Shown here: piece after piece, positions 44,769 through 54,358 of the stretch
Layout of the letters: every line of letters begins with the position of its first letter
Numbering within the stretch: the stretch's first letter is position 1
Virus record (IMG/VR): IMGVR_UViG_3300022928_001147
Location: 1-64,000 of that record
DNA: 64,000 nt
Source of the DNA: a virus
Direction: 5' to 3' (one strand)
Position numbers and translations under genes: made by a program
Notes under the pieces: generated by a model
What the model saw: the letters and a program-made list of their open reading frames with translations, nothing else
Database searches by the model: none
Told to the model about the DNA's origin: nothing

Positions 44769-47364
44769 TTAACATAAACCTCTTATATTTTTCAAGTTGT
44801 AATTCTCCAGAATATAACAAGTTAGTCATAGGTGCTATACTGTTAAATTCTTCAATGTCTTTAACACAGTTTACGTGTTCTTCTATTTCATAATAATTAT
44901 TACTTTGTAGTATAACTAGCTTACCAGACGGTATCATATTATACCATTCTACAAATTTTTCAATATGTTCGCAGCTTGTGTTGATAATAGTATCTGGGCT
45001 ATCTTTTAATTCTTCAATACTACCATTACTTTTAACTGTATTATAGATATGTCTGCTGTAATCGATATCCATAATATCTTTAGTCTGTGCTTTAAATTTC
45101 CAGTTATCTAATACTAGCAGTTTATTAAATGTTTCTGCAATAGTCCAGACAGTAGGATCAATGTCAAAACTGCGAACAGAGTTGAATTTAATATTGTTTT
45201 CTACAAACATTGGGATAATTGTTGCATACCAACCGGCGCAAAGATATATAAGACCTAAGTCTAAATCTAAGTCATTTAATGTATCAGTTAACCATTTTTT
45301 ACTTAACAGTTGACCTCTACTTAAACAGTCTTTATCAAAGTTAGGAACTGTTTCGTACAACGTTTTTAATGGTTTTACAAATAAACTGTTAGTATGGTTA
45401 TCTAAAACTTTCCACAATGAATTTATATCATTGTTAAGAAGTTTAAACTCAGACGACACTTCCGGTAATAATCTTGCAAGACTATATAAATTTTTCTCAA
45501 GTACTGCTTTACGTAAGTCGTCATCTGCATTTACTAATCTAAAAATGCTATGTAAATTTTCCTCAAGTACTGCTTTTCTAAGTTCTTCATTATTTGCTAA
45601 TTTAAAAATACTAGACAAATCTTTATCATTATACATACGGCGTACATTTGAAATGTCACCTTCGTATAATAATTCAAATCTATCTAATAAGTCTATTATG
45701 TCGTTGTTAGCAGTAGTTGATTCTATGGGAGTTATGTTAGTTTCGTTATCAAGTAGCTGCGATGATTGTTTAAATTGCTCTTCTAGCCATTCAAAGTCAT
45801 TTATTTTTTTAAGAGCTTCAATGTCACCTTGACTTTCTCTTCCGTAAGCAGTTCCTGCTGTTGCTCCCTTAATAGCCCATTCTCCGTAAGGACGCTCTTT
45901 TCCAACTGTTTGCCACACATGTAATCTTTTTTCTGTTTCTTCATTCTTTTGTCTGTCAATTACTTTACTGCTTAATTTAGCACATTCTCTAAATGCACTA
46001 CGCCAAGTACTAAACTCGTCTGTATTAAATGCTGTGATGTTGCTTACAACTTTAATAGGTTTAAAATGACGACTAATACTTGTAGTCATATCAGGCTTAC
46101 TTATATCCATGTTAATAGTTAGTGTCCTTGGAAGAAGTTTAATTCCGCCGTAGCCGTATTCTAAATCATTAATCGGATTTTTACTACGCCAAACTTTCAC
46201 ATATTCTTTTTCATCTACAGGACTTACGTAATCAAAATTAAAGTCGTCTGTTATTTGTGCATCACCGTCTACAATCCAGATCATTTCTGTAGTACATATC
46301 TTTGCAGCTTCAATATGTGCCTGATGAATTCCCTTTACTCCGTCGACACGTTTTGCTCGAGGAAATTTTTCTTTTAAGGCATTATAATTTTCCTCTGCGT
46401 TGGACTCGTTATATGTTATCATTACAATATCATATTCTTTTGTAGCTTCAATTTCGGACTTTAAAAAGTCTTGAACGACCCTGACTGGAGGAATATACAT
46501 ACTCTTAAAGAATTTACTATGACTAGGAAGATACGGATCAATTGGAATATCTATACCTAATTCGTTATTAAGCAATGTGCCTAAACGAGAAATTTCTTGC
46601 GGAAGCATTTCTTCAGTAATTTTAGAATACTTATCTTCCCACATCTTATTAAGATATTCAAAGTCACGTACATTGACAAAGTCCCAATCAGTACAGTTAG
46701 TTAAATAACAACCTTCACGAGCACCATAAATTGCCCATAGACCGTTCTCAACATCTGTTCCAATTGTTTGCCAAATTTTAAGTCGTTCAAAATTTTTCTT
46801 ATGCACACGTTTCGTAAATTCTTGTCCTGAAAGTTTTTCGCCCTCGTAAAGACTCATCTTTACACCTTCGCGAAATCCTGCTCTCCAAGCCTGCCACGGT
46901 GTTGCATTATTATACACAGAACTATATGTTTTGTTAACTTGTAAATATTGTAAATCCCAACAAAAGTCAACTTGTGATTGAGGGTTTGATGATTCTGCAT
47001 TTTCATGTGTTTTCATGTTTAAAACAATGTGCTTCGGCCAACATTTAATTCCGCCGTTGCCGTATGTTAATCCATTTACAACATTATATCCGCTCCAGCT
47101 AATTACACAATTTTCTACATCAACATCGTCTCTAAAATGCAACTCTTCATTAATAAAGTTTTGGTGTACAATATTGTCACCGTCTATAGTAATAAATCGA
47201 TCAGTTTCACTTAGATTTGCACAAGCCTTATGTGCAGCGTCACTACCTTCTACACCATGTACACGTTTTGCCCAGGGCACTTTAGTAAGCAAGTCAGCAT
47301 AATTTTTTTCAGCGTTTGGTTCATCGTAACTCAAATATATAATATCGTAATCAATAATTTTCAT
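44755..47364 (-). CDS. Tandem glycosyltransferase-like (GT-A x2) plus methyltransferase-like fusion
   Basis: Duplicated YDI..I.Y.E.NAE.NY..L....P.AKRV.GV.G...AH..A..DGD...WR..FRE..K domain; C-terminal L.AGWY..SFDIDP..INTSCEH. Confidence 0.75.
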   Translation of the reverse strand: MKIIDYDIIYLSYDEPNAEKNYADLLTKVPWAKRVHGVEGSDAAHKACANLSETDRFITIDGDNIVHQNFINEELHFRDDVDVENCVISWSGYNVVNGLTYGNGGIKCWPKHIVLNMKTHENAESSNPQSQVDFCWDLQYLQVNKTYSSVYNNATPWQAWRAGFREGVKMSLYEGEKLSGQEFTKRVHKKNFERLKIWQTIGTDVENGLWAIYGAREGCYLTNCTDWDFVNVRDFEYLNKMWEDKYSKITEEMLPQEISRLGTLLNNELGIDIPIDPYLPSHSKFFKSMYIPPVRVVQDFLKSEIEATKEYDIVMITYNESNAEENYNALKEKFPRAKRVDGVKGIHQAHIEAAKICTTEMIWIVDGDAQITDDFNFDYVSPVDEKEYVKVWRSKNPINDLEYGYGGIKLLPRTLTINMDISKPDMTTSISRHFKPIKVVSNITAFNTDEFSTWRSAFRECAKLSSKVIDRQKNEETEKRLHVWQTVGKERPYGEWAIKGATAGTAYGRESQGDIEALKKINDFEWLEEQFKQSSQLLDNETNITPIESTTANNDIIDLLDRFELLYEGDISNVRRMYNDKDLSSIFKLANNEELRKAVLEENLHSIFRLVNADDDLRKAVLEKNLYSLARLLPEVSSEFKLLNNDINSLWKVLDNHTNSLFVKPLKTLYETVPNFDKDCLSRGQLLSKKWLTDTLNDLDLDLGLIYLCAGWYATIIPMFVENNIKFNSVRSFDIDPTVWTIAETFNKLLVLDNWKFKAQTKDIMDIDYSRHIYNTVKSNGSIEELKDSPDTIINTSCEHIEKFVEWYNMIPSGKLVILQSNNYYEIEEHVNCVKDIEEFNSIAPMTNLLYSGELQLEKYKRFMLIGYK

Positions 47365-47367
47365 GCA

Positions 47368-47922
47368 TTACTCCTGTACATTATGTATGTGTTTAACATG
47401 ATGAGAGTTACATAAAAGGCTTACAGACATTTTACTGACTTCTTTATTATAACTTTTTAATTTAAGTTCGTTGTGTAATACAACTAATTTTAAATCAACA
47501 CTTAACGTATCTAGCAATATAAATCTATTAGTAGGATCAACTACGTAATAAGTTTTTATAGTGTTATTGCTTTGTGCAAATAAAGAACACAACTCAGAGT
47601 CCATAGTATTAGTAATTGTCCAGCTACCATTAGATAAATCTTGATTTATAATTATTGCGTTTTCAGCAGTAGATTGTTTAGCAATAATTCCTTTAGGTTG
47701 AGTTATGTCTAAAGATAAATCTAAATCTCTTGGAACAATTTGTTTTTTACCTTTTATTTTTATATTATCAATTACAATGTAATCAAAAAATTGTTTTGTT
47801 AAGTTAGAAAATTCTTCATAAGTTTTTAAATCAACTTCAAAATAATTGGGGCCGAACGAATTATCAATTATATTAGTAACCGAAAGGACGCTTCCACTAT
47901 CATCGTAATACATGTAAAACAT
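47368..47922 (-). CDS. Hypothetical protein
   Basis: TAATG coupling to the upstream gene. Confidence 0.7.
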   Translation of the reverse strand: MFYMYYDDSGSVLSVTNIIDNSFGPNYFEVDLKTYEEFSNLTKQFFDYIVIDNIKIKGKKQIVPRDLDLSLDITQPKGIIAKQSTAENAIIINQDLSNGSWTITNTMDSELCSLFAQSNNTIKTYYVVDPTNRFILLDTLSVDLKLVVLHNELKLKSYNKEVSKMSVSLLCNSHHVKHIHNVQE

Positions 47923-48716
47923 TAAACACGCTCCTCTAACCATTTTAACATTTCTAAAGTTAAAAACTCATCTTCTACATAATGTAATACACCTGATTGT
48001 TTAAAACCGTTAATGTAAATATTATCTCCAAAATCAACTGATAGATCATTAGTCCATTTCGAAGGCACTGGTTCTATATTTTGTACATGCGGCTTCATGT
48101 GTGTAAATATTAAATTACTAGTATAATCAATATCTAAAATCTTTAATGCAATAGCTGCACTAACATCAACACTATTCCACGCTTGCATGCTTAAAGGAGT
48201 ATACGTTTTATAAAATACTTCCCAATTATTCATTATTACTTCTAGTAAATTAAAAAATGCTGTTGTATTGCTAGACTTTTTAAATTGATACATGCCAGTA
48301 TATATGTTTGGTAAATTATTATCGTCAAAAGTCTTTCGATAGTATCTACTTGTTACTGTAGTATTTCGGTATGTATTAACTGTTGTTGTAAATGCAAGTT
48401 CATTTGTAGAAAAATTAATAGGATCTAATACTAACATATCTGCATCAAATACTGTAGTATTACTATACGGAGTTAATTGAGATAACTTCCACCTGTTATC
48501 AATTTTCCAATTTTTATTTTCCGCTAAATCAACACCAGGTATAGATATAACTTGATCAAACACATTTTTATATTTTGACGATATTTTATCGTTGGTTATA
48601 ATACTAATGTTTGTGTTAGGAGAATGTGAAAGAACACTAAGTGCTAATGCATACGCCTGTTCTACATAATTTGTAGTATCATTGTTTTGTGCAAGTACGC
48701 ATATTCCATTACTCAT
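47922..48716 (-). CDS. GT-A (GT8-like) glycosyltransferase
   Basis: Y...AYALALS, FDQVI, LTPY..T..FDADML (DxD), HMK. Confidence 0.75.
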   Translation of the reverse strand: MSNGICVLAQNNDTTNYVEQAYALALSVLSHSPNTNISIITNDKISSKYKNVFDQVISIPGVDLAENKNWKIDNRWKLSQLTPYSNTTVFDADMLVLDPINFSTNELAFTTTVNTYRNTTVTSRYYRKTFDDNNLPNIYTGMYQFKKSSNTTAFFNLLEVIMNNWEVFYKTYTPLSMQAWNSVDVSAAIALKILDIDYTSNLIFTHMKPHVQNIEPVPSKWTNDLSVDFGDNIYINGFKQSGVLHYVEDEFLTLEMLKWLEERV

Positions 48717-49557
48717 GTGTAAACTCCTTATCAATAAAAGAGTTTAAACTAAATTTATTCATTACATGCACTGTTGCATCAGTAAGTTTTACTGGAATGT
48801 AATCATACGACTTATGTGCTAAGAGTTTAATAACATTATTATCGACGTTTACTAATACATCTTGATCAGTTGAAACCCACATATCACTAGGTAATTGTTT
48901 AGGCCACTCAGTGCTATTTTCAAATCCTCGCATCATATGTACTGCAATACTAAATGCAAAATCATTTCTAAATTTAGTCTCAGTTATATCATACACTGTT
49001 CTATAATAATTATAGTTATCTTTAATATGACTCACTAAATCAAATACTGTTTTTGCTGCGTTACTTTTTGTAAAATATAATATAGTAGCCCAGTACATAG
49101 AAATAGATCTATTACTCACTCTATCAAAACTAGGTTCAACTCCTTGATTAATTAGATTATAATGATTAGCAATCATAAAATCTTCAGCAGTATCAAAGCA
49201 TGATAATAGTTTGTTATTTGAGATTAATAAATCCGTGTCGATTACAATTGTTTTATCAAAAGCACTTAACGCATATGCACTATTGCGCGAAGAATTTTTC
49301 CATTCTAACCGTTTACTAGAATATAGTCCATCGTTAAATGTTTTGGTTGCATTATTAGAAGGAGCAGGAACATACGTTACAATATCAATATAATTTTTAT
49401 AAAAAGGATATGCAGATTCAATGTAATCAACTGCATCTGTAATTAATTGTACTGGAAGGTTTAAATATTGTTTTACACGCTTTGCACAATATATTGCTTG
49501 TTTTACATAATCAATATTTTTATTATTAAACGCAAAGAGTACTACGCCGTTGGTCAT
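48709..49557 (-). CDS. GT-A (GT8-like) glycosyltransferase
   Basis: GVVLFAFN...DY..A, S.FDKT..IDTDL (DxD), RNDFAFS.A.H, HVMNK. Confidence 0.7.
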   Translation of the reverse strand: MTNGVVLFAFNNKNIDYVKQAIYCAKRVKQYLNLPVQLITDAVDYIESAYPFYKNYIDIVTYVPAPSNNATKTFNDGLYSSKRLEWKNSSRNSAYALSAFDKTIVIDTDLLISNNKLLSCFDTAEDFMIANHYNLINQGVEPSFDRVSNRSISMYWATILYFTKSNAAKTVFDLVSHIKDNYNYYRTVYDITETKFRNDFAFSIAVHMMRGFENSTEWPKQLPSDMWVSTDQDVLVNVDNNVIKLLAHKSYDYIPVKLTDATVHVMNKFSLNSFIDKEFTHE

Positions 49558-49901
49558 AAGTCAACTAATCCTTGAACAGACTTATTCTTTCTAATTGTTT
49601 CATAATCAGTGGCGTACTTGTGCGATGCAGATGTGTATACACTTAGTAATTCTTTTACAAATTCATCAATGTTGCTTATAACAAAAGGAATGTCATTATC
49701 GTCTAATACTACTAGACCTTCATCTTGTATCTCTGATAACAAATGACAAAAGTTAATTAATTCTCGAGTTACTGTAAACTTATGTCCATGAGTATAATGT
49801 ACAAGATTCTCCTTATACTGTGCAAGAAAAATACGTTTTTGATTGTTTTGTGTTTCTAAAAAGTTAGAAAACTCTAATGCTTTAGCTAATCGTTGGTCCA
49901 T
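49554..49901 (-). CDS. Hypothetical protein
   Basis: 115 aa; RBS GAGGAG. Confidence 0.8.
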   Translation of the reverse strand: MDQRLAKALEFSNFLETQNNQKRIFLAQYKENLVHYTHGHKFTVTRELINFCHLLSEIQDEGLVVLDDNDIPFVISNIDEFVKELLSVYTSASHKYATDYETIRKNKSVQGLVDL

Positions 49902-49922
49902 GGAGACTCCTCATATAGTAGT

Positions 49923-49951
49923 ATTATATACTATATTTTAGAGTCTGTCAA
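49923..49951 (-). promoter_or_regulatory. Consensus sigma70 promoter at the head of the glycosyltransferase operon
   Basis: TTGACA-N17-TATAAT. Confidence 0.85.
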
Positions 49952-49957
49952 GTAAAA

Positions 49958-50890
49958 TTAGAAAGTGTTAGAAGCAGTATTAATAGCAACAGTAGGTGCT
50001 GCTACTTGGACGTTTGTACCAGTTGGACGAATATAGCTCATTGAACTTGTTAGTGTACCTTTGACAGTTTCGTCAACTGCTGCCCCAGCTGGACCAGCAC
50101 CGACTACAGGTTTTACATCGCCGGCATCGTCGTCTCTGTATATCATACGAATACGAACACCATTGGTAATAGATCGAGCTTCAATTTGATAGTCGTTTTC
50201 TGCGTATGGTGTAGTACCTGTTCGGGCTAAAATATATCTTGCAGTTGTATCAAGATCATAATATCCATCACTTGTGATTGTTCCGTTAGCTCCTGTTTTA
50301 GTAACGTTTACATAATCCATTGTAACAGTACCTACTGTAGACACCATTGTTTGCCAGTCTAGAGTTTTTGCTTCAGTTCCAGTGTATGCTAAACTACTTA
50401 CAAATACAAGTTTGCCGCCCGCATTAAAAAATGCCTTTACATCATTTGCAGATGCCCAAGTAAAGTTTACATCATGTATCTGAGTACCTTGCCATCCAGA
50501 TGCTTTAGTTTTACTACTTCCACTAACAGTTGTAAATTGTCCTGTTCCTAAAGTAAATCTATTGCCTGCATCTTTTATAAAATTAACTACTGTTTCAAGC
50601 GCATCATGAACACTCTTAGTTATGTTTTCGCCTACACTAACTGTAACAAGTGCGGGATCCGGAGCACTACCGACTTGGTGAGTGTATGCTTTAGTAGCAT
50701 CAGTTTTAAGTGCATTCCAGGCAGTCGCAGTAATTTTATCACCTGGACTTATTGCAGGTGCAGTAATTGCCTGATTGTATCCTGCTGCGGTGGTGCCGGT
50801 TCCTGTAGGGGTTCCCATAACAAGGTTAATACCTGATCTTAACGTTGTATATTCTGCTTCAGTAATTAACTGGCCTACATTTACTGTCAT
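49958..50890 (-). CDS. Virion structural protein (fibre/baseplate-associated)
   Basis: G..IT...Y..L....V.G, F.W.S......FFNAGG; late promoter at 50913-50919. Confidence 0.7.
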   Translation of the reverse strand: MTVNVGQLITEAEYTTLRSGINLVMGTPTGTGTTAAGYNQAITAPAISPGDKITATAWNALKTDATKAYTHQVGSAPDPALVTVSVGENITKSVHDALETVVNFIKDAGNRFTLGTGQFTTVSGSSKTKASGWQGTQIHDVNFTWASANDVKAFFNAGGKLVFVSSLAYTGTEAKTLDWQTMVSTVGTVTMDYVNVTKTGANGTITSDGYYDLDTTARYILARTGTTPYAENDYQIEARSITNGVRIRMIYRDDDAGDVKPVVGAGPAGAAVDETVKGTLTSSMSYIRPTGTNVQVAAPTVAINTASNTF

Positions 50891-50915
50891 GGATATTCCT
50901 CTTTATTGTACTTAT

Positions 50916-52427
50916 TTATACTTTTAAAACACACTCAACTAACTTTTCAGATTCTTCTAAGTTAGATTCTAGAGCAACACCTACTAATGATCCTCCGTTA
51001 ATTGCTGTACTTGCACAACCGTTATTGTCAACATATACTGCCTGACCTTTTTTAACAGCGCCAATAACACGAACAGGTAAACGTCCTTTAAGACCGATAT
51101 ACTGGCCTTCTGCGTCACTGTTCATCATAACAGCAGGATCTGTAGAAACTACACCGATAGCAATATCGCCTACGTTTGCTGCTTCAACATCATGGTCATC
51201 ATGAGAGCATACTGTAACTACAGTACCGGGTACTAATTCTTCAGCAGTTGAATATTTTTCTGCTAAGTCAGCATATCGAGCACTTGTTGCTGTACCTTGG
51301 AAAAGTACCGCATTTAAGTTTCCGCTTGCATCACGCACAGCAACGCTATTAGCTGTTCCTGTACCGATTGTGTCAACTGCTCCAACTCGTACATTGCCGC
51401 CGACGATAAGTGCAGAAGCCTTTTCAGAAGTTCCGTATATATTAGTTGCATACACTGCACTAAATTTTTCAGTAGCACTACCTATTGCAACATTTTCTAC
51501 TGTAGTTCCTGTTAATATTCCTGGCTTAACTAAACCAGGTTCTAAAGTAATAATATTTTTGTTAGTGCCGCCAGTTTGTTTTGTTCTAAAACGAATTTCA
51601 TCGCCCTGTGCATTTTGGATAACTGCTTGGTTATCGTTTTCTACATATAGTTTAAGATCTAAACCTGCGCCAATTGCAATACCTGCATCAGTTTGAAAGT
51701 TAGTAATTTCTGTAAATACGCTAGGCTGTCCTGGAGTTGCAGTAACGTATTCACTTGCAGATTTTCCGTTTAATTTGTCAGCGTTAGACGCAGTACCATA
51801 AAAACGTGTCGAATCACTAGTAATTCCGCCCGTTGCGCTAAGAGTATTTTTAAGAGTTACACCTGATCGTATTACATCAAACCCTGATATAGCATTTTCA
51901 GCATCATTACTGTCAATTGTAAATTCACTTGGACTAATAACAAATATTACTTCATCATTAACTGTAGCAGCAATTATGCTTCTACTAACTGCAAGAGTGT
52001 CGCGAACTGTTCTACTTTGCATTTGTGTAATGCCAGAACCTGCGTCTTGTGGACCAATTAGTACAAAATCAGATCCGTTATATGAATATAACTGTTCATT
52101 AATTGTATCCCACCAAAAGTCGCCAGTAGCAAGACCTGCCGGAGCAGTAGCACTAATTTCTGCGCCACCAGTTGTGCGCCACTTTGTACCGTCATTAAAT
52201 TTTAATTTGCTGTTTGCACTATCAAACCAAATTTGACCTGTAATTGCCCTCGGAGGCTGATTAGCTCCTGCAAAGTTTTCAAGCAAGAATACAAAATTTT
52301 CGTTTTGTATCTCACCGTAGCCTGCATAATTTTTACCAACTAGTTTAAGATCAGTTGTTTGATCTAATGTACCATCTTGTACAATTGTTAACTGGTTAGT
52401 GTTGTATTTGTTAATTGTATACGCCAT
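50916..52427 (-). CDS. Tail-fibre-like protein with C-terminal intramolecular-chaperone-like domain
   Basis: Shared N-terminal module; C-terminal A.YADLAE.Y...GTVV...GVVS..P..MN...L.GR.PV.V.G.V.KG. Confidence 0.75.
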   Translation of the reverse strand: MAYTINKYNTNQLTIVQDGTLDQTTDLKLVGKNYAGYGEIQNENFVFLLENFAGANQPPRAITGQIWFDSANSKLKFNDGTKWRTTGGAEISATAPAGLATGDFWWDTINEQLYSYNGSDFVLIGPQDAGSGITQMQSRTVRDTLAVSRSIIAATVNDEVIFVISPSEFTIDSNDAENAISGFDVIRSGVTLKNTLSATGGITSDSTRFYGTASNADKLNGKSASEYVTATPGQPSVFTEITNFQTDAGIAIGAGLDLKLYVENDNQAVIQNAQGDEIRFRTKQTGGTNKNIITLEPGLVKPGILTGTTVENVAIGSATEKFSAVYATNIYGTSEKASALIVGGNVRVGAVDTIGTGTANSVAVRDASGNLNAVLFQGTATSARYADLAEKYSTAEELVPGTVVTVCSHDDHDVEAANVGDIAIGVVSTDPAVMMNSDAEGQYIGLKGRLPVRVIGAVKKGQAVYVDNNGCASTAINGGSLVGVALESNLEESEKLVECVLKV

Positions 52428-52452
52428 AATTTAAATAACCCCTTGCTATTAG

Positions 52453-52459
52453 TATTTAT
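52453..52459 (-). promoter_or_regulatory. Late-type promoter ATAAATA
   Basis: Intergenic GATAAATA upstream of a structural gene; same element at 50913-50919 and 57099-57105. Confidence 0.65.
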
Positions 52460-52465
52460 CGCAAG

Positions 52466-54358
52466 TTACGGATAACTGTTCGTACTGACAAATGTCCACA
52501 CCGAACCTGTAACTGTAAACTCCATTGTGTATCTTGCTGGTGTTAACACCACTGACCCTGTTGCTGGATTTGCAGCAACAATATCCTGTATAACTGATTC
52601 ATTTTGTGTGCCTGCACTATCAACTGCTATATTAGACTTTTGTAATACTCCAGTTCCATTTGTAGTTACAGTTACATTAATACCTGTAACTGTTGCGCCT
52701 GCATAACTAGTACAATGAATTTTAGCAACTGTTCCTTCTCTTGCACTGCTTGCAGGACTAATGCTTTCTAATATGTTTCGCACGTCTGCAATAGGACCAT
52801 TTCCAAATCCTGCTGGATTTGGGCTAGTTAATCCTGTAATATCTAAAGTAAGCGCCACAGGTGCTGTTAATATCTCAGTATCAACATATTCTTTATTTGT
52901 AACATCAGTAGCATCAGTCGGAGTTGCTACTCCAGCAATTTTTTGATTGTTGATTGTAATAGTGCCTGTAGAATTAATATCTAACGGCACTGTTGAAGAA
53001 ATACTACCTAAACTTGCATCTCCAGAAACCGTTAACGCACCTAATGTACCAATTGAAGTCAGACCAGCGGCTGTTGCAACTGTATCACCTAGTCGTGTTT
53101 TAGAAAGTACTTGTGTATTTTCGATTCTGTATTCTTTACCAGTAGTTAAATCAACATCTTGATTAAATGTCCAATTTCCTGTTGATTGTAACCAAGATAA
53201 CGTTTTATCAGTTGCACCTTTTAATGTAATGCCGCCGCCGTTTGCAGTAGTATCTGTTGGCGTATCCGTTGTTCCTAATTCTATGTTAGGATCTTCTACT
53301 GTCATTGTTGCTGTATTAACAGTAGTAGTAGTTCCTTCAATAACTAAATTGCCTTCTACTGTAAGATCACCAGTAAATTTTCCTGACCCTGTAACATCAA
53401 GTTCAACAGTAGGAGTATCTTGATATAAACCAAATCTACGTGTGCTAGTGTCTAATGTAAATGCATCAATAAAATCACTTCCTTGAGGGACTCTAATTGA
53501 AAAATCGTAATTTAATTGTTTAAGTTCTATAGCTGTAGTAGTGCCGCTATTTACTGTTCTAAAAGCAGCATATTGCGAATCTCCGTATCCTACTATAACA
53601 CCTTCATCACCTTTAACAAATAAACCGCCTTCCATTTGCTGATCAACTGCATTATTGTCTACATCACGTTCGTTAGTTGCAACAAATGCCGAAGGCAAAT
53701 ACGAGTTTCCTTGACTGTCAATTAAGTTTTCTGCGTTTAATGCAGTACCTTGATACTTAAAATCAGCAATTTCAGTTGGATTAAAACCAACATTAATTTT
53801 TCTACCATACGCATATGGTAAAATAACTGATGCTGTATTAGGAGTAAATTCAAATCGACTATATATTCCTGCAAGTATTCCGCCTATATACAATGTCAAA
53901 ACAGTTCTAATTTGGTTACTAGTATCTACCATTGTAACTGCTTCTACACCGGTTTTTCCTTGTGTTGAGTTATACTGCGGACCAACTAATACTAAGTCCG
54001 AACCGTCCCAAAAGTACAATTTATTTTCAGCATTGTCAATCCATAGATCACCTGATACTAAGTTTGTAGGTTGATTACTACTTACTGTAGGAGACCCTGC
54101 TGTTCTAAAACTCGAACCGTCATATATTTTTAATCTATTTTCGCCAGTATCGTACCATAGTTGTCCCTTTAAAGGATTACTAGGAGCACTAGTTGCTGCA
54201 AAATTTTCAATTATTTTAACAAAATTTTCGTTAAATGCTTCGCCAAACCCTTTATAATTTCGACCTACTAATGTAATATCTGTAGATACTGTATCAATTA
54301 CACCGTCTGTAAGTTCTACTAGCAACTCGCCGTTTGTTTTGTTTATTTTATAGCTCAT
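52466..54358 (-). CDS. Tail-fibre/baseplate structural protein
   Basis: Shared N-terminal module (LVGRNY.G.GE..NENF...ENFA...P...GQLW.D); GTTTTVNT, ANGGGITLKGATDKT. Confidence 0.75.
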   Translation of the reverse strand: MSYKINKTNGELLVELTDGVIDTVSTDITLVGRNYKGFGEAFNENFVKIIENFAATSAPSNPLKGQLWYDTGENRLKIYDGSSFRTAGSPTVSSNQPTNLVSGDLWIDNAENKLYFWDGSDLVLVGPQYNSTQGKTGVEAVTMVDTSNQIRTVLTLYIGGILAGIYSRFEFTPNTASVILPYAYGRKINVGFNPTEIADFKYQGTALNAENLIDSQGNSYLPSAFVATNERDVDNNAVDQQMEGGLFVKGDEGVIVGYGDSQYAAFRTVNSGTTTAIELKQLNYDFSIRVPQGSDFIDAFTLDTSTRRFGLYQDTPTVELDVTGSGKFTGDLTVEGNLVIEGTTTTVNTATMTVEDPNIELGTTDTPTDTTANGGGITLKGATDKTLSWLQSTGNWTFNQDVDLTTGKEYRIENTQVLSKTRLGDTVATAAGLTSIGTLGALTVSGDASLGSISSTVPLDINSTGTITINNQKIAGVATPTDATDVTNKEYVDTEILTAPVALTLDITGLTSPNPAGFGNGPIADVRNILESISPASSAREGTVAKIHCTSYAGATVTGINVTVTTNGTGVLQKSNIAVDSAGTQNESVIQDIVAANPATGSVVLTPARYTMEFTVTGSVWTFVSTNSYP

